Shown piece by piece: positions 24,484-32,000 of a stretch of 32,000 bases of DNA (positions are counted from its first letter, which is position 1; the number at the start of each line of letters is the position of its first letter). The notes beneath the pieces are model-generated. The model searched no databases. It was not told the DNA's origin and saw only the letters and a program-made list of their open reading frames with translations. The stretch comes from Pirellula staleyi DSM 6068. Lineage in GTDB: Bacteria > Planctomycetota > Planctomycetia > Pirellulales > Pirellulaceae. The position numbers and the translations under genes were made by a program. The stretch is from positions 4,770,001 to 4,802,000 of the forward strand of contig CP001848.1 in NCBI GenBank assembly GCA_000025185.1, written 5' to 3'.

Positions 24484-25686
24484 TTAGAGCGAACTGCTCA
24501 TCGTGATCACCGGCACCAGCAGAGCGATCACGACAATCAAAATGATGAAAGCCAGGATCAGCAGCATCACCGGTTCGAGCAGTCGGACGAGCAAATCGAG
24601 CTGACGTGCTGTTCGTCGCTCGAGGCTGTCGGCAAGTTCAACGAGGACACGGTCGAGTGTGTTCGACTCTTCCGCGACCGAAATCATTTCCACCACCATC
24701 TTCGGAAAATGCCCGCTCGATGCCAAGGGTGCCGCGAGGGACTGTCCCGCCGAGATATTTTCAGAAGCGTCGGCGATGGCTTTCGAAAGGATGCGATTAC
24801 CGGCTGCTTCGCGGCTGATCTCGAGTGCCTTAAGGATCGGCACACCGTTGTGCAGCAGCGTTCCGAGCACACGGCAAAAACGGGCCACGGCGAAAGCCAA
24901 AAAAATGCTTCCCGCCATCGGGATGCGAATCTTCACGAGGTCGGCGAGTCGGCGTCCTTCCTCGGTCTGCAGCTTCATATAAAGCCAGACACCGATGGCA
25001 GCGAGCACGGCCACAATCACGAGGCCATAGTTGCGCAGTGTATCGCTTAGTTTCAGCAGCCAGTCGGTGAGCATCGGGAGCTGATTGTTGGCCTTGAGCC
25101 GCTCGAACATCGTGGCAAACTTCGGCACGAAGAAAACAATCAGTACGGTCACCACGGTCGTTCCCACACTCGCCAAAATTAGTGGGTAAGCAACGGCAGA
25201 AATCGTCCGACCTTTGAGTTCCTCTTGCGTCTCGGTGAACGATGCCACACGTTCGAGTGCATCTTCCAAAAAGCCACCTTCGCTACCGGCGCGAACCATG
25301 TTGATGGCCATATCGCTGAAGGCACGCGGAAAACGTGCCATCACATCACCCATGGGGGTACCATCTTCGACTTTGCGATAGAGCTCATCAAGAATCTCTT
25401 TAAGATTCGGATTGCTCGTTTGATCGCGAAGCACAGAAATGGAGCGGAGCAGGGGAACACCCGAGCGGAGCAGGGCGGCGAGCTGACTATACATCGTCGC
25501 CATCACCTGTCCCTTCACGCGAAGTGAAGAACCGGGCGCTGCGGCAGCTTTACCCGACTTCACTTCAATCGGAAAGAGATCACGCCCCGAGAGGAGTCCA
25601 ATCACTTCACGCTCGGTGTTCGCCGTCAGCGTTCCGGTGACCTTCTGTCCTTTTTGGTCGCGAGCGATGTAGGCAAAGTCGGGCAT
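24484..25686 (-). CDS. gspF: Type II secretion / type IV pilus platform protein GspF/PilC family
   Basis: 400 aa with two T2SSF-type repeats (LLRSGVPLLRSISVL and LLHNGVPILKALEIS) and three hydrophobic TM segments. It lies directly downstream of gspE. Confidence 0.9.
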   Translation of the reverse strand: MPDFAYIARDQKGQKVTGTLTANTEREVIGLLSGRDLFPIEVKSGKAAAAPGSSLRVKGQVMATMYSQLAALLRSGVPLLRSISVLRDQTSNPNLKEILDELYRKVEDGTPMGDVMARFPRAFSDMAINMVRAGSEGGFLEDALERVASFTETQEELKGRTISAVAYPLILASVGTTVVTVLIVFFVPKFATMFERLKANNQLPMLTDWLLKLSDTLRNYGLVIVAVLAAIGVWLYMKLQTEEGRRLADLVKIRIPMAGSIFLAFAVARFCRVLGTLLHNGVPILKALEISREAAGNRILSKAIADASENISAGQSLAAPLASSGHFPKMVVEMISVAEESNTLDRVLVELADSLERRTARQLDLLVRLLEPVMLLILAFIILIVVIALLVPVITMSSSL

Positions 25687-25817
25687 GACAGATTGAGAAC
25701 GTCTAAAGCGAGAGAAACCAAGGCAAAAGGACGGCTACTGAGTGAATGCTTGATGGTGAGGAAAGGGAGATAAGCTCAAGACCGCTAGGATCTACGTGGA
25801 ATCAGTGACAAAACTTA

Positions 25818-27539
25818 CTAGCCCCGGTTAATGAGCATCGTGTGATCGGCCTTGGCAGCGCGAGTCACTTCTTCCACGCTCGTTCCGCCGACCAACACTT
25901 TTTTCCATCCATCCTGACGCAGCGATCGCATTCCTTCTTTACTGGCAGCCTGCATGATTTTCCAGCTGCTGGCGCGGTCGCAGGCCAGTTGGCGAATCTC
26001 GTTCGTGGTGACGAGCAGTTCATAAATGCCCATACGCCCGCGATAGCCCGTGTTGCGACATTCGCGACATCCCACACCTTTGAAGAGGGGACGACTTTGC
26101 AAATCTTCCCAAGGGAAATCGCTCGGAACATCGTCGCGAACTGCGTCGTACGGCTGTTTGCAATGCTTGCAGAGTCGACGGACAAGACGCTGAGCCATCA
26201 CTGCTTCTACGGTGCTGGCCACCAAGAACGGCTCGACTCCCATATCGGTGAGTCGAGTGTAGGCGCTCGCGGCGTCGTTGGTGTGGAGCGTACTGAACAC
26301 CATGTGACCGGTGAGCGACGCTTGAATCGCATTTTCTGCAGTTTCCAGATCGCGAATTTCGCCGACGAGCACCACGTCAGGATCGTGACGCAAAATGCTG
26401 CGGAGCGAAGCAGCAAACGTCAAACCGATCTTGTGATGCACTTGAATTTGATTGATCCCTTCGAGCTGATATTCCACCGGATCTTCGGTGGTAATGATCT
26501 TCACGTCGGGCGTATTGATCTCGATGAGCGAGCTGTAAAGTGTCGTCGTTTTGCCGCTACCGGTCGGACCTGTGACCAGCACAATCCCGTGGGGCAGATC
26601 GATGAGTTCGCGATACACCTTGTAGGTGTCCGGCTCCATGCCGATCTTTTGCAGATCGAATACCATCGAGCCTTTATCGAGAATACGCATCACCAAACCT
26701 TCGCCGTGAATCATCGGGATGACCGAAACACGGACGTCGATTTCGCGACCTTTCACCTTCAGCTTCATGCGTCCATCTTGCGGCAGTCGCTTCTCCGCAA
26801 TGTTCAGACGCGACATGATTTTGAGGCGGCTGACAATCGCCGCTTCGAACCGATGAATCTCGGGCGGAATCGGCTGCGACTGCAGCATGCCGTCGACGCG
26901 GTAGCGAATCGCCAGCCCCGAAGGCTGCGACTCGATATGCACGTCGCTCGCGCGAAGTTCGATCGCCTCGAGCAAAATTTCGTTCACCAGCCGAACCACC
27001 GAGGCTTCCTGGGCCATTTCGGAAAGTTCGCTGCCGTCGGTTTCGATATCACCGACGAGTTCCAGCGCTGCCTCTTCTTGTGCTTGCGCGACCAGCCCTT
27101 CCACCGTTTCGCTACCGACACCGAGATGCCGCTTAATCAGCTTGGCAATTTCGGCTCGGGCGGCGAGGACTGGCATCACCGCAAGTCCGGTCGCGGCAGA
27201 GACTTCGTCGAGCGGATAGAGGTCAAAGGGATTGCTCGTCGCAACCACCAATTGGCCATCGGTTTTGCTGATCGGAAAGAGCGACTGACGGTGGATCAGC
27301 CGATGCGGGAAGATTTTTAGGAGCGATAGATCGATCTCGGCTTCGGTAAGATCGACGTACTCAATCCCCACTTCATCCCCAAGAGCGCGCAGCGCAGCTT
27401 CTTCACTCACAAACCCAAGCTGAATAGCAGCTTCAATTTGCCGGGCGCCATCGCCGTGGCCGTTAGCCTGGCCACGTGCCTGGTCGAGTTGGCGCTTGTC
27501 GATCAATCCGCGCCGAAGAAGGATTTCGCAGGCTTCCAT
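25818..27539 (-). CDS. gspE: Type II secretion ATPase GspE/PilB family
   Basis: Walker A GPTGSGKTT, Walker B/Asp box DPDVVLVGEIRD, His box TGHMVFSTLHTND and tetracysteine CKHCKQ..CRECRNTGYRGR. The N-terminus is a T2SSE_N-type domain. An in-frame stop two codons upstream fixes ATG 27539 as the start. Confidence 0.95.
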   Translation of the reverse strand: MEACEILLRRGLIDKRQLDQARGQANGHGDGARQIEAAIQLGFVSEEAALRALGDEVGIEYVDLTEAEIDLSLLKIFPHRLIHRQSLFPISKTDGQLVVATSNPFDLYPLDEVSAATGLAVMPVLAARAEIAKLIKRHLGVGSETVEGLVAQAQEEAALELVGDIETDGSELSEMAQEASVVRLVNEILLEAIELRASDVHIESQPSGLAIRYRVDGMLQSQPIPPEIHRFEAAIVSRLKIMSRLNIAEKRLPQDGRMKLKVKGREIDVRVSVIPMIHGEGLVMRILDKGSMVFDLQKIGMEPDTYKVYRELIDLPHGIVLVTGPTGSGKTTTLYSSLIEINTPDVKIITTEDPVEYQLEGINQIQVHHKIGLTFAASLRSILRHDPDVVLVGEIRDLETAENAIQASLTGHMVFSTLHTNDAASAYTRLTDMGVEPFLVASTVEAVMAQRLVRRLCKHCKQPYDAVRDDVPSDFPWEDLQSRPLFKGVGCRECRNTGYRGRMGIYELLVTTNEIRQLACDRASSWKIMQAASKEGMRSLRQDGWKKVLVGGTSVEEVTRAAKADHTMLINRG

Positions 27540-27607
27540 TCGTTACCAAGCTAGGGAGAGTAAGGGGGGAGAAACTGCGGATACGCAAGATTCATTTCTG
27601 TCAAAAT

Positions 27608-27649
27608 GAGAGCCGGAAACCCTAGGGGCTCCCGGCCTCGTGTTTTTTG
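27608..27649. terminator. GC-rich hairpin with flanking A6/T6 runs (terminator-like) between the LTxxQ gene and gspE
   Basis: gagagccgg (27608-27616) pairs with ccggcctc (27632-27639) with one bulge, plus an inner ccc-tag-ggg helix. On the plus strand tgtttttt (27641-27648) follows. On the minus strand A6 precedes and cattttga follows. It could terminate the upstream minus-strand gene or a plus-strand antisense transcript. Confidence 0.4.
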
Positions 27650-27680
27650 CCCGCTAAGGCAACCAATGTCGGCGACCAGG

Positions 27681-27707
27681 GTGGAACTAACACGGGGTTA
27701 GCTCCAC
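27681..27707. other. Strong hairpin in the gspE upstream region
   Basis: gtggaactaac (27681-27691) / gttagctccac (27697-27707): an 11-bp stem with one mismatch and a 5-nt loop. There is no U-run on either strand. Confidence 0.35.
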
Positions 27708-27806
27708 TCTAATCAGAAGTACCTCGGCGACGAGTCGTTGGTTTCTCAGAAACGGTAAACTATTTTCTGGTAAACAGTTCCGTCGCCTCAAAGGGACTTT
27801 TTGGAA

Positions 27807-28586
27807 CTAGTCACCACTGGCTGGACGTTCAGGACCACGCTGAGTTCCACCAGCAGCGCCAGGACCACGACCGCCAGCAGCGCCGCCAGGACCACGGCCA
27901 CCAGGACCACGACCTTGGCTGAACTCGATGGGGCTTCCCATCATCGTCTTGTACTTTTCGCGTTGTTCTGGAGTCAGAACTTCCAGCACCTTCTCGCGGG
28001 CATCGGTCCGGAGACGTTCGATTTCCTTGAGGAGTTCGGCTTGGACTTCTTGCTCTACTGCGCGGAGCTTTTCTTTCTGCTCGTCGGTGATGCCAAGTTC
28101 TTCAGCCAGCGTGCCACTCGTCAGAGCTTGCGAAGTACCTTGACCACGCATGCGGGCTTGGTTCTGAATCTGCTTCAGACGTTCCTTCTGGTGTGGCAGG
28201 AGAACTTCATCCACTTCCTTCTGAATTGGAGCCACAGCTTCTTCCACTTTGGTGCGGAACGAGTCGAACTGAGCACGACGCTCGTCTTCCGACAGGTCGC
28301 GCATGTTGCGGAAATCAGGGGCGTTATTGCGGAAGAAGTCACCCATCACTTCACGCATACGACCTTGGATTTCGGTCAGCTTTTCAACTTGCTCGTCGAC
28401 CAGTTCCAGGTCCTTGCGAACGTTTTCATCGCGGAGCAGATCGAGTCCGCCGCCACCGCCGCCCCCAAAGCCACCACCAAAACCGCCGCCAGGGCCTCCG
28501 AAACCGCCACCTGGTTGAGCAAAGGCAGCTGACGCACTAGCAGCCACAATGACTGCTACGGCAAGCGAGAGGAAAAACCGCTTCAT
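27807..28586 (-). CDS. Periplasmic Spy/CpxP-like LTxxQ-repeat protein with Gly-rich termini
   Basis: ATG 28586 has aaggag 7 nt upstream. Signal peptide MKRFFLSLAVAVIVAASASAAFA. Four LTxxQ-type motifs are present (LVDEQVEKL, LLPHQKERL, ITDEQKEKL, LTPEQREKY). The N-terminal Gly run is GGFGGPGGGFGGGFGGGGGGG and the C-terminal one is GRGPGGRGPGGAAGGRGPG. The track start at 28754 adds 56 non-signal residues. Confidence 0.75.
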   Translation of the reverse strand: MKRFFLSLAVAVIVAASASAAFAQPGGGFGGPGGGFGGGFGGGGGGGLDLLRDENVRKDLELVDEQVEKLTEIQGRMREVMGDFFRNNAPDFRNMRDLSEDERRAQFDSFRTKVEEAVAPIQKEVDEVLLPHQKERLKQIQNQARMRGQGTSQALTSGTLAEELGITDEQKEKLRAVEQEVQAELLKEIERLRTDAREKVLEVLTPEQREKYKTMMGSPIEFSQGRGPGGRGPGGAAGGRGPGAAGGTQRGPERPASGD

Positions 28587-29092
28587 ACCGAAACTCCTTC
28601 GAGAAGATAGATCCGGCACGACGCCGGGAGTAGTTTGCTTGTGGGGATGCAGGAAGCCGAGCGCATCGACCTGCCAGATGCGGGACGAAGGGCGACTTCG
28701 CGAGGACTGGAGGATGCCTATCGCTCCAAGACTTCGAGTCAGGCAAGCTCGCAACGAGCGCCGCGAGCGACTTGACTACTGGCATCTAACCCGACCGGCT
28801 GTGGGAGGTTTCGCCGCACTGTCCCGCATTTTTCAGAATTTCGACGAGAAACCAAGTTTTTTATCCGAGAAGACTTGGCTTACCCCCTCCAAGAAACGTT
28901 TTTAAGCACCACTCCAGCTGATCACTAGCCTCCCAAACCGATACAACTAGGGACATTAGGCCTTCACAAAAGCCGATTAGACACCAGCAAAGGCAATCTA
29001 AATGCCGCTAAGAGCCAGCGGTGAGTACTACCAGGAAACAGCCCGCTGAGCTGGTCGTTGGTGGAACTGCCATACCTCATGCTCCTACCTAA

Positions 29093-30967
29093 TTAATAGC
29101 GAAACGTCTCGGGAGGCTGCTTGGCCATGATCCGCTCGACATGGGCCGTGACCTCAGCCGGAGCTTCCGTCTCTTGGCGACGCCGCCCAATAGCAAACAG
29201 CCGATCGTTTTTCAGGAAGAGCGGACGTTCGGCGAGCACCACCACATCTGCTGGCAACCGCCCCTGCAGATCTTGCATCCCAGCGCGGTTCGTAATGAGA
29301 TAGGCACCTGCGGACTTCTCGAGGTGCTCAATCACTCGCGCGGCTGTCTCGGCCTCCGACTTTTTCGACTTCGCAGCGGGGGAATACTCTCGAACAGGCA
29401 TCCCGGCATAGAACACCCAGCTCGGTTCGAGCGTGCGGTAGGAAGCCAACTCCGGATGCTCGTGCTGTGCAAAGATCGCCGCCAAGATTTCGTGCGAACG
29501 CTGATGCTCATCGGCACGCTGCGCTCCCAGCGCAAAAATCGACATCACAATCAAAGCCGAGCCGCCAGCAAACCACGTCGCAGCCACCAGTCGCTGGCGC
29601 TGATAAGCCCAAACCGTTCCACCCGCGGCTGTCAGGATCGGTAGCAGCCCCAAAATACCGAGCCACTCTTCGCCGGGCAGATGCTCCTCAGCAATGGCTG
29701 GCACCGCCGCACCAAGCACGATTCCCACCACCACCAGCACACCCGCCGCAATGGCTGGCCAGAACTTGGCGATCAGCAGATCGTTACGAACCCAGCGATC
29801 GACCACATAGCCCACCAGCAGCGCGGCCCCGGGATAGCAGGGGGTGATGTAGCTTGGCAATTTCGTCTTCGCGATTGTGAACAAACCAATAAACACTCCC
29901 ACCCAAGCGATGGCGAAAACCAGCGAGCGCGACTGACCATCGCGATGCCTAAGTCTTGCCGAGACCTCCATCACCAGAGGAATCGCAATCACCGACCAGG
30001 GGAACATGCCGACCAGAATTGCTGCTGGATAAAACAGCACGTTGCCGCGATGTCCTTCCATGGCATTGGTTGCCCGCGACAAATTGTGATCGTAGAAGAA
30101 GCCCGTCAAAAACTCACCATCGGTGGCAATCCCTACGGCGACATACCAAGGCATAGCGATGGCCAGCGACACACACAGTGCCATCACTGGATTCATGTAC
30201 CAGCAGGTCCTAAGGAAGTGAACCGGATGAAACACAGCCCACACTTGAGCAGGAAATCGCTTCCACCACACAAGGTGCGAAACGTCGAGTGGCGGTAAGG
30301 TTTCGATGAGCAGGAACATCCCGATGCAGGCAGTGGGAATGATCAGCCCAATCGGCCCTTTCGCGAGCATGGCAAAACCCATAGCGCCGTACATCAGCAC
30401 CGCGGTCAGCAAATCGGGAAACAAAGAATGACGTCCCGTCGCAGGCTGTTCGGTTGCAACAGGAAAGGTTCGCAGCACATAAATAGCCAGCGACAAAGTG
30501 CTCCAAAAAATCAGCGTGGCATCGGGAGTGCAAGCGCGCCCCGCCATGACAAACAGAAGTGAACTACCGATAGCACAGCCAGCCCAGAGTCCCGCTGTTG
30601 CACCGAAGAGCCGCCGCCCCATAAGCCAAGTGAGGACCGCCGTTAAAATGGCATAGACCGCCGAAGGCAAGCGGGCCGAGAACTCGCTCACACCGAGGAG
30701 CGAATACGAAATCATGATGCTCCAGTACTGGAGCACCGGCTTATGGGTTCGCAGTTCAGCGTTGAAGGTCGGCACAATCCAGTCGCCACGCCCCAGCATC
30801 TCGAAGGCGCAATTGGCGTTGCGTGGCTCATCGCGATCCCACAACCGCGGCCCACCGAGGTTCGTGAGCATCACCACGCAACTCACCGCGAGCACCGTGG
30901 CCAAATGACGAAGCCATTGCGACTTCAGCCACGATTCCTTGCTCGTCAGGTTTTGATCCATGCTCAT
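29093..30967 (-). CDS. GT-C glycosyltransferase, family 39 / ArnT-PMT-like
   Basis: Polytopic membrane protein. The first-loop acidic motif is LWDRDEPRNANCAFEM, followed by THKPVLQYW and further GT39/ArnT-like TM blocks. ATG 30967 has aaggagg 6 nt upstream; the track start at 31189 is unlikely. Confidence 0.8.
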   Translation of the reverse strand: MSMDQNLTSKESWLKSQWLRHLATVLAVSCVVMLTNLGGPRLWDRDEPRNANCAFEMLGRGDWIVPTFNAELRTHKPVLQYWSIMISYSLLGVSEFSARLPSAVYAILTAVLTWLMGRRLFGATAGLWAGCAIGSSLLFVMAGRACTPDATLIFWSTLSLAIYVLRTFPVATEQPATGRHSLFPDLLTAVLMYGAMGFAMLAKGPIGLIIPTACIGMFLLIETLPPLDVSHLVWWKRFPAQVWAVFHPVHFLRTCWYMNPVMALCVSLAIAMPWYVAVGIATDGEFLTGFFYDHNLSRATNAMEGHRGNVLFYPAAILVGMFPWSVIAIPLVMEVSARLRHRDGQSRSLVFAIAWVGVFIGLFTIAKTKLPSYITPCYPGAALLVGYVVDRWVRNDLLIAKFWPAIAAGVLVVVGIVLGAAVPAIAEEHLPGEEWLGILGLLPILTAAGGTVWAYQRQRLVAATWFAGGSALIVMSIFALGAQRADEHQRSHEILAAIFAQHEHPELASYRTLEPSWVFYAGMPVREYSPAAKSKKSEAETAARVIEHLEKSAGAYLITNRAGMQDLQGRLPADVVVLAERPLFLKNDRLFAIGRRRQETEAPAEVTAHVERIMAKQPPETFRY

Positions 30968-31316
30968 TCGCGTCCTCCTTGACGCCAGACCGCCACTATC
31001 TATTCCCGCTACAAGCGTGCGAAGTATAGAGAGGCCAGATGCTGACGCAAACGTCAGTTGTCCAGCAATAAATTGTGCCTGCATGCGACGGACGCTAGCA
31101 CTCAGCAAGCCACATCTTTTGAAAATCTCTTCACAATTACCGAAAAGATGCGTTGCCTCGTTCGCTCCATTGCTGCTATTTTCCCGCACTGCAATCTCGG
31201 CGCGCGCCCCAGCCTCAAGTCTTCCTCATGAAGACATGAGACTAGCGAGCACGACACGCCCAATCACGGATGACTGGACAAAACCGAGAAGCAGACGCCT
31301 TGATGGCGAGGGAATC

Positions 31317-32000
31317 ATGAACGGACTGAGCCCGGTGCAAAAGAAACGAAGCTTCACGTTTTGCGACCTGCTGGCTGCCACTCGCACGCGAGTGATGGTG
31401 CTTGCCTTGTTGCTGCTCGTCGGCAAAGCATCGGCGCAAGATGCTCAGTGGATTTGGTCCCCCGCGCACGAGCCTGGGAGTGTCCCAGCCGACGCCGTGT
31501 GCCACTTCCGAAAAACGATCACGCTCGAATCTCCCGAACAAGGTTCGGTGAGTATCGCAGGCGACGACAATTACGAGCTCTACATCAACGGCCGGCGTGT
31601 CGGTGGTGGTTCCAGCACCGAAAAACTCCAAGACTTCGATGTCACGCGTTTTCTGGGACGCGGCAATAACGTGGTTGCAGTTCGCGCGACAAACAAATCG
31701 GGTGGCACAGCCGCTGTGGTTGTTCGCGTCACGATCAAAGAAAAAGAGGGGGACTGGCAAGCCTTCTCGAGCGACGACACCTGGCGCACCTCGGAACGTC
31801 CTCTCCCACTCTGGAATACCACAATCTACAACGATCGCAGCTGGGCACCTGCTCGCAAGCTCGGTCCTCTCGGCGAAACAGCCCCCTGGGATCGACGCGA
31901 AGATGTTCCTGTCGCTGCCGTCGAGAAAAGCAATCGCTTTGACATCAGCGACGAATTTGAAGTTCAGCAAGTGCTCGATGGTGGCGCTACTGGCTCGCTG
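31317..32000 (+). CDS. Secreted protein, N-terminal part only (runs off the 3' edge), galactose-binding-like beta-sandwich N-domain
   Basis: The frame is open from ATG 31317 to base 32000 (228 codons, no stop) and is absent from the ORF track. The signal peptide is ..RTRVMVLALLLLVGKASAQD, then QWIWSP. CHFRKTITL..IAGDDNYELYINGRRVG..FDVTRFLGRGNNVVAVRATN matches the jelly-roll pattern of rhamnosidase-N/GH2 sugar-binding domains. Alternative in-frame starts are at 31236 and 31395. Confidence 0.75.
   Translation, partial: MNGLSPVQKKRSFTFCDLLAATRTRVMVLALLLLVGKASAQDAQWIWSPAHEPGSVPADAVCHFRKTITLESPEQGSVSIAGDDNYELYINGRRVGGGSSTEKLQDFDVTRFLGRGNNVVAVRATNKSGGTAAVVVRVTIKEKEGDWQAFSSDDTWRTSERPLPLWNTTIYNDRSWAPARKLGPLGETAPWDRREDVPVAAVEKSNRFDISDEFEVQQVLDGGATGSL

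Noticed and set aside
25842-27320. 492-aa plus-strand ORF opposite gspE
   Set aside because: The minus strand encodes a complete GspE with Walker A/B, His box and tetracysteine motif. The plus-strand translation is low-quality (R/H/F-rich) and has no motifs.
27465-27539. Possible c-di-GMP-binding MshEN motif at the GspE N-terminus (EILLRRGLIDKRQLDQA)
   Set aside because: Only the central LLxxGLIxxxxL part of the 24-residue motif RLGxxLLxxGLLxxxxLxxxLxxQ is present. The leading RLG reads EAC, the distal L and Q are out of register, and an upstream in-frame stop excludes a longer N-terminus. c-di-GMP binding therefore cannot be claimed.
1-32000. Search by eye for tRNA/rRNA genes, CRISPR repeat arrays, IS elements or transposases, integrases, toxin-antitoxin pairs, and known defence-system signatures
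   Set aside because: I saw no regularly spaced direct repeats, no terminal inverted repeats flanking a transposase-like ORF, no cloverleaf-like segments, and no nuclease, helicase or methylase gene sets. Absence by eye is not proof; tRNAscan, CRISPR finders and defence-system HMMs should confirm it.

Overview
GC-rich bacterial chromosomal window. The gene content looks planctomycete (Pirellulales-like): DUF3500, a BON protein, an LRR lipoprotein, a QWIWSP-type secreted protein, and many Gly/Pro/Gln low-complexity segments. This taxonomic call is inference only. Bases 1-8.6 kb hold housekeeping and accessory genes: a truncated Cys-rich protein, a tandem pair of PLP transsulfuration enzymes, DUF3500, an LRR lipoprotein, a PP-loop ATPase homolog with eroded motifs, RNase III, and a D-2-hydroxyacid dehydrogenase. 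Bases 8.7-11.6 kb hold a large secreted hypothetical protein and a Gly/Ser-rich BON-domain protein. The centre (11.4-27.5 kb, all minus strand) is one co-directional 11-gene cluster for a type II secretion / type IV pilus-like machine. Gene order is gspE, gspF, gspG, three minor pseudopilins, gspK, a PilM+PilN-type GspL-like protein, a PilO-type GspM-like protein with an Ig-like domain, poly-Pro linker and PilP/GspC-HR-like C-terminal domain, a 1314-aa secretin with extra N-domains, poly-Q linkers and a ~195-aa Pro/Gln-rich tail, and finally a lipoprotein with a long disordered tail. No separate gspC, gspN or prepilin peptidase is present in the window. Upstream on the same strand lie a Spy/CpxP-like LTxxQ periplasmic protein and a GT39/ArnT-like GT-C glycosyltransferase. 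The 3' edge carries the start of a plus-strand secreted protein that is missing from the ORF track. I saw no rRNA, tRNA, CRISPR array, transposase, integrase or phage genes. Several ORF-track starts use TTG/GTG extensions; I moved these to downstream ATG/GTG codons that give proper signal peptides or prepilin leaders. All family assignments rest on motifs read by eye, and no searches were run.
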